Shown here one piece after another: positions 31,751-53,266 of a stretch of 64,000 bases of DNA (positions within the stretch are counted from its first letter, which is position 1; each line of letters opens with the position of its first letter). Source of the DNA: the human T2T-CHM13v2.0 reference genome, Homo sapiens; the NCBI RefSeq assembly GCF_009914755.1, contig NC_060939.1, one strand, 5' to 3'. Made by a program: the position numbers and the translations under genes. Below the pieces are notes generated by a model. The model was not told the origin of the DNA, searched no databases, and saw nothing but the letters and a program-made list of their open reading frames with translations.

Positions 31751-32401
31751 ACTGCCAAAGACATGCTCTCGAGAACTCCACTGCTTGGAGAGAATGTGGC
31801 CAAGAAAACATTCACCGGGTGTAAAACTCACTCCAGCTGGTCTACATCGCAATGTTTTGCAGTCTTCTCAGCCAATGTTTACCTGAACTTTTCACAAAGT
31901 TTTGAGCTGTGCAGCATGAGAGAGGGAGAATTACCTTCCCCTACTTCAGGCTGCTCTGAGTTTCATCTGCAATAATCTTCTGGCATAGATCCAACCCTAG
32001 GAACAACACTGCCTGCTCCTTTTTCACCTCAGGCCCCACATTGTGAATCATCCTTGGGTGCCATTGTTGCTTCCTTTGGCACATCCCCAGCACCTGTTTT
32101 CCCAATTCATTTCTCTAGGTGCAGGCAGTCACTCTCTCTCTACCCACCCCATTCAGCACCCCCACCCCCAACTTAACACAGTGTCTCGCACACAGCAAAT
32201 GTTGTAGAAATGATTAACAACATTTTACATTTCTGCAGCACTCAACTTCAACTCACATGGAATTTAAAAACAAAAACAAAAAAAACCAGGGTTTGGATCA
32301 GACAGAGCTAGATTTCAGTTATCTTTCCATTACCTAGAAGCAGTGTGACTCAGGACAAGGTACTCTGAACCTGTATCCTCATCTAAGAAATGAGATAACA
32401 T

Positions 32402-32768
<367 letters not shown>

Positions 32769-32830
32769 TTAAATGTCTCCTTCATAGTATATTTCCAGTA
32801 AATTGAATCAAATATTGATTTGATTTCTGA

Positions 32831-33214
<384 letters not shown>

Positions 33215-34407
33215 TGATCCTCATTCCACTCTGTGGGGAAAATATCAAAGAAAGAAACAGGACCTAAAGCACCTTCCAGTTTCTCAGAAATTCAACTGAG
33301 TTTGTTTCTCAAAACTGAAAAGACTCTACCTTTCACATGCTGCCACAAAAGGCATTGCACACCAGAAGGGTGAAGTTAAAATAAGAAAGAGAAAGGAACT
33401 GCCTTTTGCAAGGACTGTGCATGGTATTGATAAAATTTTTAAAAAGCTACTACAGAATTCCCTAATAGAGTTCATTTGTTGTTGGTGTCCTGAGATGCTT
33501 GGCTGACTTTAGAGTAGAACTTATTCATTAGACCAGGAGAAAGCCAAACCTTCCGCAAGGATGTCCTCTTTCCCTAAGCAACAACAGATGAAACCATGAT
33601 AATGTTCTTGCCCACAGTCATCTGCTCCCATTCTGCAGATGAGTTAGGGGCAAGAGGAGGAGGGAATGTTTTGGGATGTAGCAACCCCTGACCTCCCTAC
33701 CCAATGAAAAGACAAGCCTCCAGTGAGACTGCACGATGAAGCTGCAGAACTAGCATTTTGACAACCTCCTGGTCCTGTTCCACCTCGTGAACCTTGAAAG
33801 ACTTAAAAGACATGGGTTTTTAAATGTAAATTTCACAGCCACATACAGAGCACTTGGTTAGTTTGTAATGAAGAAAAATGATTTTACTTAATAAGATCTA
33901 CACCATCATCAATGGGACTTGACGGTGTGTGACTTGATTTCTCCGGCAATTTAAAATAATCAGGTTAGCTCTAATAGAAGGGACCAGAGAGGAAACTGTG
34001 TTCTGCCTGCTCTGCCTCCTTCACCATCAGCAAGGAATCACCGTGGCTTTTTTGGACAATTAAAAAAAAAATTTGCATGGTGTCTCACAGTAATATTTTT
34101 CCTCTTCAGAAGGGGATGCATTTTAACTATTCTGCTAAGGCTAGCATTAGAGAAGAAAGTTTTCACAACCTAACATTGGAAAGGTCAGAATCAGTCCACA
34201 GGATGATTTGATTTAGCCCCTTAATTATCCAGGCTGACAACTAATAAATGTTTAGTGCTTACATGTGTAAAGCAGATAGAGCAAGCTAGAAGCAAAGACC
34301 AAATAATACATTTATGTTTTATATTTAAATCTTAAAGTATTTTACTTCTTATAAGAGAAAAGGCAAAATAATTGATTTGACTCTTAACTATTTCCAACAA
34401 GTAATCT

Positions 34408-34520
34408 ACCTCTCTCTCCTTTCCTCTCCCTCTCCTCTTCCTTTTTTCTCCTTCCTCTCTCCCTCCCCTTTTCCCTCCCTTTATCTTCCTTCTCTCTCTT
34501 TCTTCCTCTCTTCCTCCCTA
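34408..34520 (+). repeat. CT-rich low-complexity tract
   Basis: Directly visible. Confidence 0.85.
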
Positions 34521-35184
34521 CATCTTCTGTTTCCTAAACTCTCGAGAAAAGTCGAAGGGTGGGACACAGTTAGGGAATTTTCATCTTAAATTCACTTTTC
34601 ATCTCCAGGACTGGCTTTGGGTAAAATGAAGAATTTGGCCCTCTTGGCCTTAGGTCCTTTTCCTGCCCTGCACACAGTAACCCGAGAAGACTAGAAAACC
34701 ACATTTTCTGGGCCTCTCCAGCCTAGCTGCTGCCAGAGATCTGAGGCTGCAAAATTGTATCTGTGACTCTCTGTGTGGCAATTAGGCAATTGCCAGCCTA
34801 AGTGGCCATTTGTGCCTTCTGAATAGCATGCAAATGGCTGATTGTAGGTGCAATTCAGCAGCACATGCTCTTGGATATCTGCAGTTTTGCTTCTGAGCAA
34901 AGGGAAAGACCACAGTGGGGAAGTGCCCCTCACCACCCGCCGTTTCTCTTTACCCCTTCCCTAAATACTGAGGACTAAATATTGAGAACTGAGGAAGACA
35001 ATTTTGATATTCTTGGAGCAAGCAAAAAAGTGGAAAATTCGGTCACATTCAAGAAACATCAACCCCAGGATTTAAAAAGTTAGTTTAGAGGCAGCTGCTA
35101 AGCAGGTGAGTTTTGAGGCTCCTTTTCAAAGCCAAGGGGAAATTAACAAATGGTCAGCCCACCTCTCTGCTGGAAACATGAATC

Positions 35185-35205
35185 AGTGGTGCCACCTCCT
35201 GGCAG
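35185..35205 (-). promoter_or_regulatory. Candidate CTCF site (reverse)
   Basis: Minus strand CTGCCAGGAGGTGGCACCA closely matches the CTCF core. Confidence 0.55.
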
Positions 35206-35399
35206 AAACGACCTTCGGACCAAGGCTGGGAAAAACATGGCAGCCATTTTGTTTTGGGTGCCAGAAAGTTCAGCGCTGGGAGAAATCACAGGACTGGTTC
35301 CAGTACAACCTCTACATTTTAGAGGAAATGAGGCCTGGAAAAGGGACATGAAAAAATCTGTGAACTGAGACTGAGGAGCGAAATGATCCAATATCTGTT

Positions 35400-35620
35400 G
35401 AATCTTTACTAAAGGCTGAACACTGTGCAAAGCATAACTACATCCTCACAACAACCCTACGAGGAAGATATATTTTGTACCATTTTCCAGGTAAGAAAAG
35501 TAAGGATCAGAGAGGCTCAAGTGATAGCTAATAAATAACAGAGCTATCTCTACCTTTAAGACACATGATATCACATGGAACAGATATTAAACTCGGGCTG
35601 GAATGTGTCTGGAAAAAATG
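35400..35620 (-). mobile_element. MIR
   Basis: atcctcacaacaaccctacgagg...ccattttccaggtaagaaaagtaaggatcagagagg. Confidence 0.7.
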
Positions 35621-35884
35621 CTGCCATATTGTCCCGCTCTGGAGTCCTTCAAGCCTGAATGAAAACAGGCCCTGTTCTGTGGAGTGGGGGTTCCCCAGGG
35701 AGCAATGGAATGGCATCCTGAGAAGGCAGGTGGTTCCTGAGAAGTGGATCAGTAAAAATCATTTATCCCACACCCTGTTCTCTCCATTAGTTTTTTCATA
35801 AATTTCAGACCAGCTTCTTATTTGGAAAATATGGTCCTTATGTGGAACACAGCAGAAACTCAACAGATAGTTTTAGTTAAATGA

Positions 35885-36636
<752 letters not shown>

Positions 36637-36654
36637 CCACTTCCAGTTCTTTAC

Positions 36655-36965
36655 CCAGCTTGAATACCTCCAGGAAACTCACTAGTTTTAGAGGTGACCT
36701 ATTTTCAGTAAGTGCCTATTATTAAAATTATTCCTGTTGTTGAGTCAGTTTGTCATGCAACAAATGCGCTCCCTTGTCCTAACTATGACCAATTAGGCAA
36801 CACAGGACCTATATTGTCTTTTACATCATAGTGGTCAAGTTTTTACTGCGCTTCTCTTCTTTAAGCTGAATCTCCTTGGTTTCTTCCATAGGTCCTCAAC
36901 AAGTTTTCCCTTCTCACCGTACAGCCTGTATTTCTGGTGACACTGTGTCCCCAGAACCCTACCCT
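36655..36965 (-). mobile_element. L3/CR1 LINE relic
   Basis: tgaatacctccag...ctcacta...ttcctgttgttgagtc...ccttgtccta...cttctcttctttaagctgaa...ccccagaac follows recalled L3 consensus order. Confidence 0.55.
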
Positions 36966-37060
36966 GCCTCCTGAGAAGCTTGACTGGTGAGGAGCAGGGC
37001 TGACTTCTGCTTAGGCCCAGGAACATCCAGACCCAGCACTGCCTACTTCTGGATTATTGG
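36892..37060 (+). other. Candidate 169-nt non-coding exon (partly L3-derived)
   Basis: Pyrimidine-rich acceptor ...ctccttggtttcttccatag|G and donor TGG|GTAAGA; stops in all three frames. Confidence 0.3.
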
Positions 37061-38305
37061 GTAAGACACATGAACCTGTAGAGCCAGCTTTCTGTTACTT
37101 ACAGCTGAACACTTTCCTAACGGATACAGGTATGTGCTTTGTACCTAGCTCTGTGAAGACTGTTTACTAATGCCATCTTAATCCTGGGGAAAATGGATTA
37201 ACCATCCCCCTCTCAGGCTGTCATCTGTAAAACGAAGGATCTGGGCCTGATTACCTCTGTGGTCCTTTCACGTCTCTGATGTAAGCCCCATTGGCATCAC
37301 CACAATAGTGCTGAGCGCCTACACTGGACTCTATAAACAGTAGTGGCATTTTTCTTCAGTGATTTACAGTCACAACTGCACTTCATTTGCATTTTAATAT
37401 TTTTCTTCCTGAAAAAAGTTTTCATAATTGCTCCAGGTTATTTTGGAGAAGAGAGAAGGGTTTTTGCAGAATCTGTTCCAGCTGACTTGGAGAATCCTTA
37501 ATATTCCAGGTCATCTCTCTTTTCCTTGCCCTCCTCCCACTTGTCAGCCAGCTCAGGCAAGTCACTGCAAGCAAGTGCCCCCAGATACCAGTTTCCATTG
37601 CTTGGTTGCCCAGAGAGAGGAGTGGGAGGTGGGCAAGGGTTGTGGTGTGGGCTGTTGCCCACTGTCCACCAAGCTCAGGCGGAGGGACAACACTGAGAGT
37701 ACTGTCTGATGAGCCCAATATAGCATAGGCTACTGACTAATGTCAGGACATCTCAGGCCTGTATGTCTTCACCTGTGTGACGGGTTGGTCATGATATCCC
37801 CTGCCCTGCCTAGCCTGCCCTGTGAGGTTGCATTGAGGTTTAACGCTGTGAGGAGGCTATACAAATCAGGATTAATTTTAAGATTATGATAGCCACTCTT
37901 TCCATATAATTATAATTTTTATGATCAAGACTATCATTATTATTTATTACAATTCCATAAATGTGGAATGTTGTCTTTATCTCCATATCTCCATGTGGTT
38001 AGAACATAATTTGTGCAATTACTGCATTTATCGTGATGGAGAATACAGAGAATTCAGAGCATATAATTATTCTGGCAAAAGAAGCATTTACGATTATATC
38101 TTCCTAAAGGGGAAATGCACTCCTTTAAAGTAAATTACAGTTGCCTGGTTATGGCCATTCAAAGACCCCATTATTTCTGACTTTTTTTTGTAAATCTCTG
38201 AAAAGCAAGGCAAGGATTAAGGCTGAAACTCTAATTTGAGCCCAGCTTCAGGGCTGGAGGTTGCCACTGAGTGTTCTCGGGTTTCCCTGTGGGTAATGGA
38301 AGGCA

Positions 38306-38324
38306 GCAACTCCTCTAGTGGCCA
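38306..38324 (-). promoter_or_regulatory. Weaker candidate CTCF site (reverse)
   Basis: Minus strand TGGCCACTAGAGGAGTTGC; 5' half perfect, 3' half degenerate. Confidence 0.3.
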
Positions 38325-38419
38325 CCACTGCATGGGAATAATCATCAAAAGAGAGAAGAGACAAAAATATTTTAATTGTCTTGTAACCTCTCCTTAGCTG
38401 TGAAACAAGGTGGCCTTTA

Positions 38420-38606
38420 CAGCTGCCCCCCAGAGAGACTAAACACTGGGCTGGGACTGTTTTGAATGGAAAGCTATAAAGTGCAAGCATCTAAAAGGAG
38501 TACTACTCTGTAATCACCGCTGCTATTTATAGAGCTTGCCCAGCTCCTCAGGCTTATGGCTGCACAGGGAACACCTCTCAGCAGCTGCCTTTACCAGCTG
38601 ACCTTG
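38420..38606. promoter_or_regulatory. Candidate muscle/bHLH-MEF2 enhancer module
   Basis: CTATTTATAG (MEF2) at 38523-38532; CAGCTG at 38420, 38582, 38595; TGACCTTG at 38599. Confidence 0.35.
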
Positions 38607-38999
38607 CTCAGATTGGGGGTGGAGGTCCCCGTGGAACCTGCAGTTGGAGGAAACCTGGGCCCTGTGATGCTGCAGTCACTCACACAAGGTGTCCCAGGAA
38701 GGTACCAGGGCTTGAGTCCAGGCCAGAGCCTTCCACCATGCCAGGCTGTGTGGGAGGAAGGTGAACAGACTGGTTGATCCCTCATCTCTTCTCTCTCTCT
38801 CTCGTACACTAAACTTGGAAGCCAGGATTTATTCCCTCGGAATAATAAAATACCTAGAAGTTCTCTGCTGACGAAATTGAGCAGCTCTAGAGTTGTCTGG
38901 ATTCTAGCATTTAGGGGGTGTTCAGCGTACAGCTGGCTTCCTGCTCAATCACCTGCTGGCTGACAGGCTTTTCTCCTACTCACACTCCTTAACTCCTCA

Positions 39000-39495
<496 letters not shown>

Positions 39496-39499
39496 TAAA

Positions 39500-44056
<4,557 letters not shown>

Positions 44057-44390
44057 CTTCAATATAGTGCATACACTGTTTGAATCAGTAGGGAACAATA
44101 TTTGCCTGGTCATAATAATGATTGTGGCTTACTGATACTCAGCTGTTGGGCTTAACCAATAAGCAACACAAAGAAGACTAAGTTATGTTTTCAGAACAAA
44201 ATGTAACCATTATAAATCTTTAAAATACATAAGTAAATTTAGACGAACAGGATTAGGGGAGGAAAGGAGAGGAGACCTGCTGGAGGAGACAAAAATGGGG
44301 GTTCTGATAGGAAACCAAGAAATATTATCTATAGGAGATGGAAGAAGAGATAAAGGTATTGTCTTTAAAGTGATAAAAATGGTCAACAGA

Positions 44391-44723
<333 letters not shown>

Positions 44724-44843
44724 TCAACTGAGAAATTGAGACTTGAGGGCTTACTCAGGTAAGAAAATGACTGAGCTAAATCATCTATTACAGTAGGAAG
44801 TAAATAGTAATGTATAAAATTTATAAATCAAGAAATAGAAGCA

Positions 44844-45145
44844 GGGTCAGGTGTGGTGGCTCATGCCTGTAACCCCAGTACTTTGGGAGGCCTAGGCGGG
44901 CGGATCACCTGAAGTCAGCAGTTCGAGACCAGCCTGGTCAACATGATGAAACTCCGTCTTTACTAAAAATACAAAAATTAGCCAGGTGTGGTGGTGCAGG
45001 CTTGTAATCCCAGCTACTCAGGAGGCTGAGGCAGGAGAGTTGCTTGAACCCAGGAGGCAGAGGTTGCAGTGAGTCAAGAATTTGCCGCTGCACTCTAGCC
45101 TGGGCGACAGAGTGAGACTCATCTGAAAAGAAAAAAAAAACAAAG
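44844..45145 (+). mobile_element. AluSx-like
   Basis: Dimeric; TSD-like aagaaa(t/c)aga(a/g)gca. Confidence 0.92.
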
Positions 45146-45239
45146 AAACAGAGGCAAAAATATTGTTTATAGTTGTGGATCAGGAAAATAAAACTTCGAG
45201 GGTAGAAGAGCTGTATTGATAAAAATTTCAAACTACATT

Positions 45240-46870
45240 ATTTTCTTTATATTTTGCAGTAATCTTAGATTGAAAGAAAAGTTGCAAAAAACAGTACAAA
45301 GATTTCCTATATGCCTTTCATCTAGATTTCCTTTATGTTACCATTTTACATAACCATACCTCAATATTGGAAACCAGGACATTAACATCGATACACTACT
45401 ATTAACAAAACTTTAAGACCCTCTCTGAATTTCGCCAGTTTTTTTTTTTTCCCTGTCATGCTTTTTCTGTTCTAGGATTCAACCCAGGAACACATAATTC
45501 ATTTAGCAGTCACATAGCTTTATGTCAGCTCCAATCTGGGACAGTTACTCAGTCTTTTCTGGTCTTCCATGATTTTGACGGTTTTGAAGAGTAAGTTATT
45601 TTGTAGACTGTGTCACAATTTGGGTTTTTCTGATGTTTTCTCATTATTAGTTTTTGGCAAGAAGGCCACAAATGATGCCGTGGCCTTCTCAGTGCCTCAT
45701 ATTAGGGTCGGGAGGTGTATGATGTCAAAATGGCTTATTATTGCTCAAGTTAACCTTGACAATTGGTTAAGATGGTGTCTACAGTGTTTCTCCACTATAA
45801 AGTTACTATTTTTCCTTGGCAATTAATATCTTTGGAGAGATGCATAGAGAATATGCTCATGTCCTATTTTCTTCTCACCTTTGGCCACTTTAGCATCCAT
45901 CAGTGAGTCTTGTTTGCCTAATCATGCTTTTCAATTTCTTGTTCCTCTCACATTAATTGGAATTCTTCTGTAAGGAAGAGTAGTCTACCCTATATATAGT
46001 ATTTTTAATTTTTAATTTTTTTCAGGAACAGAGTCTTGCTCTGTTCCCCAGGCTAGAGTGCAGTGGCACTTTCTTACCTCACTGAAGCATTGAATTCCTG
46101 GGCTCGAGGGATCCTCTTGCCTTAGCCTCTCAAAGTCCTGGGATTTCATGTATTTATTTATTCAATTATTTGTTTATATCAGTATGGACTCATGCATATT
46201 TATTTTATTCTATGGGTCACAACTTAATACTGTCATTTATTTTCTTGCTCAATTTGCTCCAGCTTTCTCTATCAGGAGCTCCTTCAGGTTGGTGCCTGTG
46301 TCCTTTTGATGTTCCTTTATTAGTTTTTGAGTACTTCCTTGCTTTCTGTAACCACAAGAGGTTCCAGGCTCATCTTTAATTTTTCCTGCCCCAGCCCTGG
46401 ATTGAACTATTTTTTCCAAAGAGACCTGGTTCCTTTTATTGGAGAATAATAGATGTATGTATATATGTATATATGTATGTATGTATGTATGTATCTTTAT
46501 ATATATTACAAACCACAAGTTCATCGTTATTCCTGCAAATCTAATCCAACACCATAGAGCTCCTTCCAGGCTTTCCCCTTTTTCTTATTGGTAACTTCCT
46601 TCTGGAACCTTGAGAAATGTGGCTTTCAATATCTGTAGTATATTTACTTATTTATTCTATACTGGTATATACCTATAGTCATTTCAGAATTACTTATTAA
46701 CTAGAGTACAGTATTTATATAGTTTGTCTTTGGCCTTATATTATCCAATCAAAATACTGTTTTGCAAAGTTATTTAAGTTATTTCTTTTCTTCCTTACTT
46801 CTTTCAGTGAAGTTATTTGCAATTTAATTAATTTTTTTACTATTTTATGCTACTTTGGATTCCCCCCAAT
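45240..46870 (-). mobile_element. L1MC/MD-type 3' region with an embedded Alu monomer (~46010-46148) and (TA/TATG) repeat (~46455-46505)
   Basis: agaaaagttgcaaaaaacagtacaaagatttcc...ttccaggctcatct...cccagccctgga...ccctggttcctttt-type motifs. Confidence 0.75.
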
Positions 46871-46879
46871 CCTGGTTGA

Positions 46880-47052
46880 TTTTTTTTTTTTTGAGACAGG
46901 GCCTTGCTCTGTTGCCCAGGCTGGAGTGGAGCGGTGTGGCATGATCATAGCCCATTGCCACTATAGCCTTGACTTCCCAGGCTTAAGCCATCTTCCTGAC
47001 TCATCCCCTCAAGGAGCTGGGACTACTACAGGTTTTCACATCACGCCCAGCG

Positions 47053-47090
<38 letters not shown>

Positions 47091-47173
47091 GAAGGGGTTT
47101 TGCCATGCTGCCCAGGCTGGTCTCAAACTCCTGGGCTTAAGCGATGCACCCACCTTGGCCTCCCAAAGTGCTG
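46880..47173 (-). mobile_element. AluJ with long T-linker, 5' end lost
   Basis: T33 middle tract; abuts MLT1 fragment. Confidence 0.88.
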
Positions 47174-47361
47174 TGATATGGCTGTCTTCTTATATGAACC
47201 CCAGTCATATTGGATTCAGGGCCTACCCTACTCTAGTGTGACCTCATTTTAACTGATTACATTGGCAATCACTCCATTTCCAAGTAAGGTCACATTCTGA
47301 GGTACTGGGAGTTAGGACTTCAACATATCATTTTGGGAGGGATGCAGTTCAACCCGTAACA
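47174..47361 (-). mobile_element. MLT1B/C-like LTR fragment
   Basis: cagtcatattggattcagggcctaccctactctagtgtgacctcat...taaggtcacattctgaggtactggg. Confidence 0.8.
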
Positions 47362-47567
47362 GTAAGCTTTGTCTTTAGTTTCTGGCTTATCCTCCCTGTA
47401 TTTCTTCTGAACAAACAAATACAGTAAGTTCTCACTTAAGGTCATTGATAGGCTCTTGGAAACTTCAACTTTAAGTGCAATGAAGTATAACAAAACCAGT
47501 TTTACTATAAGCTAATTGATATAAATAAGCAAAATTCTACACAAAATTTCAAATCACAAAAACATCA

Positions 47568-48406
<839 letters not shown>

Positions 48407-48449
48407 TAATATTAAACATTGAAATAAATGTGAGTTACACTTATATTTA

Positions 48450-48760
<311 letters not shown>

Positions 48761-49451
48761 TACAATTATCCAACTTTTGGTGAATCAGTAAGTGATGGCA
48801 GTCATAGGGATGGTGGGTTAAATCAAAGAATAAATGTTTGCAAAGGGAAATTGTAAGGAGCACCTCCTCCCACCACACAATGCAAAAACAATCATAAATA
48901 TGGTGGGCTCCCTGAGTCCTTTCACACCACATTGTTTGTCAAGCATGTGTATAATTACCATCTACTTCATGAATTTTTATTTTACAATAACTTGTGTCCA
49001 TTCATTCACTCATTTTCCAACTTGCTCTTGCCAGCTCAGGATCGGAGGTGGCCCAAGTCTATCCCAACAGCTCAGGGAGCAAGGTGGGAACCAATCCTGG
49101 ACAGGACACCATCCCAACACAGAGCGCACACACATGCTCACTCATCCTGGCCAACTGAGACATGCCTATTCACCTAAAGAGTACACCTTTGGGATGTGGG
49201 AGGAAAGCAGAGTATCCAAAGAAAACCCACACTTACCTGGGAGGGTATGCGAACTCTGGCACGGTGGCCCCAGCTGGGAATCGACTTATTTTCATCATGA
49301 ATCTTAGAATGAAACAATGTTGAAGAAAAGATGTTATTGGAGGAACTGCTGTACATGTATTTTTTCTTATATTCCTTCTTTATTACATGTAGGATAGCAT
49401 ACTATCAATGCTCTTTTGCATGTTATTTTTTCACTTCACAGTATATTCTAG

Positions 49452-49808
<357 letters not shown>

Positions 49809-50982
49809 TAATACTTTACTTTATGGATGAGCCTTAGTTTATTCAATCAGTCTCCTATGATTGAGCATTTAAATTTGTAATGACCAGAAATGATGCAATG
49901 AATAACTTTGTGCATATATATTTTTTCACATTGTTAGAACTATATCTTCAAGATGATTCCTAGAAGTGCTATTGCTGAATTAAATTGCATATGTAGTTTT
50001 GTTAGGTATTGCCAAATTCTCTTTGCAGTTTGCATTTCTACCAGCAATGTATGAGAATGCCTGTTTCCTCACAACTCACAGAATGTATCACCATACTTTT
50101 TTTTTTGCCAATATGACAGGTGAGTATCTCACTGTCTAATATGCATTTCTCTAATTATGAGTGAATCTGAACAGTTTTTCATATATTTGAAAAAGATCTT
50201 GCCCATTTTCTGTTGGGTTTTGGTCATTTGTCCCTTCATTATTTTTTAAACATCTTTATCAACTTCATAATATACTTCCACCCCTTTCAAGTGTACGGGT
50301 TTTAGTGTATTCACAGAATTCTGCATCCAAATACAATCTGAGTTTAGAACATCTTCGTTACCCAAAAAGAAACCCTAAACTCACTCCCTGTTACCCCTCC
50401 TCCCTCAGCTTTATGCATTTACTAACCTACTTTCTGTCTCTATGGATTTGCCTATTTTAGACATGTCATATAAATGAGTCACATAACATATGCTCTTTTG
50501 TGACTGACTTCTTTCACTTAGCGTAACATTTTCAAGGTTCATCCACGCTGCAGAATGTACCAGTATTTCATTCTTCTTATTGCTGAATATTCCATTGTAT
50601 GAATATACCACATTTTGTTTATCCATTCATTAGGCAACAGACATGCGGGCTATTTCCACTTTTTGCCTATTGCTAAAAGCACCATTTAGAAAAATGTCAA
50701 GTTTTGCTTTCAGATTTGAGATGCCACCTTTAAAATCTACTAAATTTTTGATATGTACTCTGGTGTATTTTGGGGCTTTATATCCTGTTTTACTGGTCTA
50801 TTTGTCTATTTATGTGGTACTACCACACTTTTAATCATAGAGGATTTATAGTACAATACATTTCAATGTCCTATAGAGCTACTCAGCTCTCATAGCTTTT
50901 CTTCGGTGCTTTCCCACCTATTCTTGGATGTGTTTTTCCATGTAAACTTTGATATCAACTCATCTAAAAAAACTTATTAGTA

Positions 50983-51282
50983 GGCCGGGCGCCGTGGCTC
51001 ACGCCTGTAATTCCAGCACTTTAGGAGGCTGAGGCGGGTGTATCACCTGAGGTCAGGAGTTCGAGACCAGCCTGACTATTAAGAAGAAACCCCGTCTCTA
51101 CTAAAAATACAAAATTAGCTGGACATGGTGGCAGAGGCCTGTAATTCCAGCTACTTGGGAGGCTGAGGCAGGAGAATTGCTTGAATCCTGGAGGTGGAGG
51201 TTGTGGTGAGCCGAGATTGTGGTGAGCCGAAATCACGCCATTGCACTCCAGCCTGGGCAACAAGCGTGAATCTCCGTCTGGG

Positions 51283-51313
<31 letters not shown>
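50983..51313 (+). mobile_element. AluSp-like with internal 16-bp duplication and ~A31 tail
   Basis: ttgtggtgagccga repeated at 51201 and 51217; TSD aaaa.ctt.ttagta. Confidence 0.93.
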
Positions 51314-51316
<3 letters not shown>

Positions 51317-51753
51317 TGTTAGTATCACATTAGCTTTTAAATTAAGATAAGGAAAATGACATCTTTATAATGTTGAGTCATCCTATGCAAGAATAGGAGC
51401 TATCCTTCCATTTATTCAAGAAAGCTTTTGTGTGTTTCAGAAATGTCAAATTACATTTTAAACTGTACTTGTTTTTTAACTACTTTAGGGACTGTATTGA
51501 GTTTTTTGGAATGTGATACCATACAGAATGGATAAAATATATGTCACATTGTCTGCAGAGAAAAGACCAGGATCTTAAATGCTAATCTGACTCACACAGT
51601 AAGTAATGTTTTAAAAGCCTGTAGTCTGAATGACCACTGCCTCTGATGAAGTTTTTATCAATCTCAGCTGTAGAAGGATGCTTTGGGCAGTCAGGAAATG
51701 CCAGAGATACAGGATTATTTTCTTTTTTGGATCTTCCTCTCTGTGCTCTGCAG

Positions 51754-51907
51754 GAAGCCAGATCTTTCCCACCTAAACCATAAAACTTCTTAAGATAAAC
51801 AGTTTCTCTCTTCTTGAAGAGAGGGAAAAGGAGGCTGATATAACCAGTGGTGTCAGTGATCTGAGATAAAAACTGTCAGAATAAAGTAAAGGAGAAAAAC
51901 TAAGCAT
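51754..51907 (+). other. Candidate exon (internal via CAT|GTAAGT, or terminal via AATAAA at 51880)
   Basis: Acceptor tcttcctctctgtgctctgcag|G; AATAAA 51880-51885 with a GT-rich stretch ~25 nt downstream. Confidence 0.22.
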
Positions 51908-52938
51908 GTAAGTGTTTGTAGCCAGGTCAGAAAGCCCTTGTAATAGATCAGGCGTTGGTTATATTGCAGATAATTGACACATACACACCCACCCTTTCTA
52001 CTCTCATACACAGAGGGGAGAGGATGACAGAAAAAAAACTTATCAAGACACAGAGAACAAAGAACTCAGAGGTATAGAACAAAGGCCCTCATTAAGCCAC
52101 CCTAGCTGGAGAATCTTTGCCACGGCCTCCTCTGTAAGTCACGTCTGGTGTTCTGAGCCAAAAGCATCTCAATATATTAGATTTCTAATTAGTTGTAATA
52201 TTTAACTATTTAGGAGATTTTATTTATTGCTGGTATTCAAGTTATTTTGAGAATACCGTTCACTGCGAGTCCTGGTTTAAGAATCTAAGAAGTCTATATG
52301 AAAAAATGCAAATCTGGCTAGGTCCTACTGCCCATTAGTCCCTGGATCAGGGATGGACGGTTTGCATTTCGTTTATCAACACCCATTGTGTCTGGAAGAG
52401 AGAAAGAAACACTAACTATATGACTGATACTCCAAATAGACAGTTTGCCTCCAGACCTCACCTGCAGGTCAGGCAGAGTGAGATTTAGGTGAGCTCATTA
52501 GTCCTAGACACAAGCTATGAAGTTGTAGGGCCAAGATACCACCCAAAGAGGCTGACTGCAACTTCTAGATCGGCTCCTAATTTGCAGTGCACCCAAAGGC
52601 AAACCCTTGCTGTGTCTTGTTTTCCCTTTCTGAGCTATCAAATGAGAATGATGAAGTGTGCCCTATCTCCTTTACTGGCATTGAATAAGAGGAGACAATA
52701 AATGTGAAAATGCATTAAAGTGAATTAAAAGTGCGATCTAAATGTAAGAGTGATTCAGTGAATTGTGTTCCAGCATTCTTCAATGTCCTAATGAGGAAGA
52801 AATGTTCCTAATGAGGAACAATTAGATAGCTTTCCAGCATATTTATCATGGATTTAAAAAGTATCCACTCACTTAGTGGCTGAGTCACTCTTCCAACCTC
52901 TGTTGTATGCATGTTAGATCATTTTAAAAGGGCTGGGA

Positions 52939-53221
52939 GGCCGGGCGTGGTGGCTCACACCTGTAATCCCAGCACTTTGGGGGGCCGAGGCGGGAGGATC
53001 ATGAGGTCAGGAGATGGAGACCATCCTGGCTAACACAGTGAAACCCTGTCTCTACTAAAAACACAAAAAATTAGCCGGGCATGGTGGCAGGTGCCTGTAG
53101 TCCCAGCTACTCAGGAGGCTGAGGCAGGAGAATGGCATGAACCCGGGAAGCGGAGCTCGCAGTGAGCCAAGATTGCGCCACTGCACTCCAGCCTGGGCGA
53201 GAGCGAGACTCTGTCCCAAAA

Positions 53222-53264
<43 letters not shown>

Positions 53265-53266
53265 AA
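52939..53266 (+). mobile_element. AluY with (TAAA)n tail
   Basis: Y diagnostics; TSD aaaagggctggga. Confidence 0.95.

Noticed and set aside
32806-32825. 8-bp hairpin aatcaaat-attg-atttgatt
   Set aside because: AT-rich and of chance-level length.
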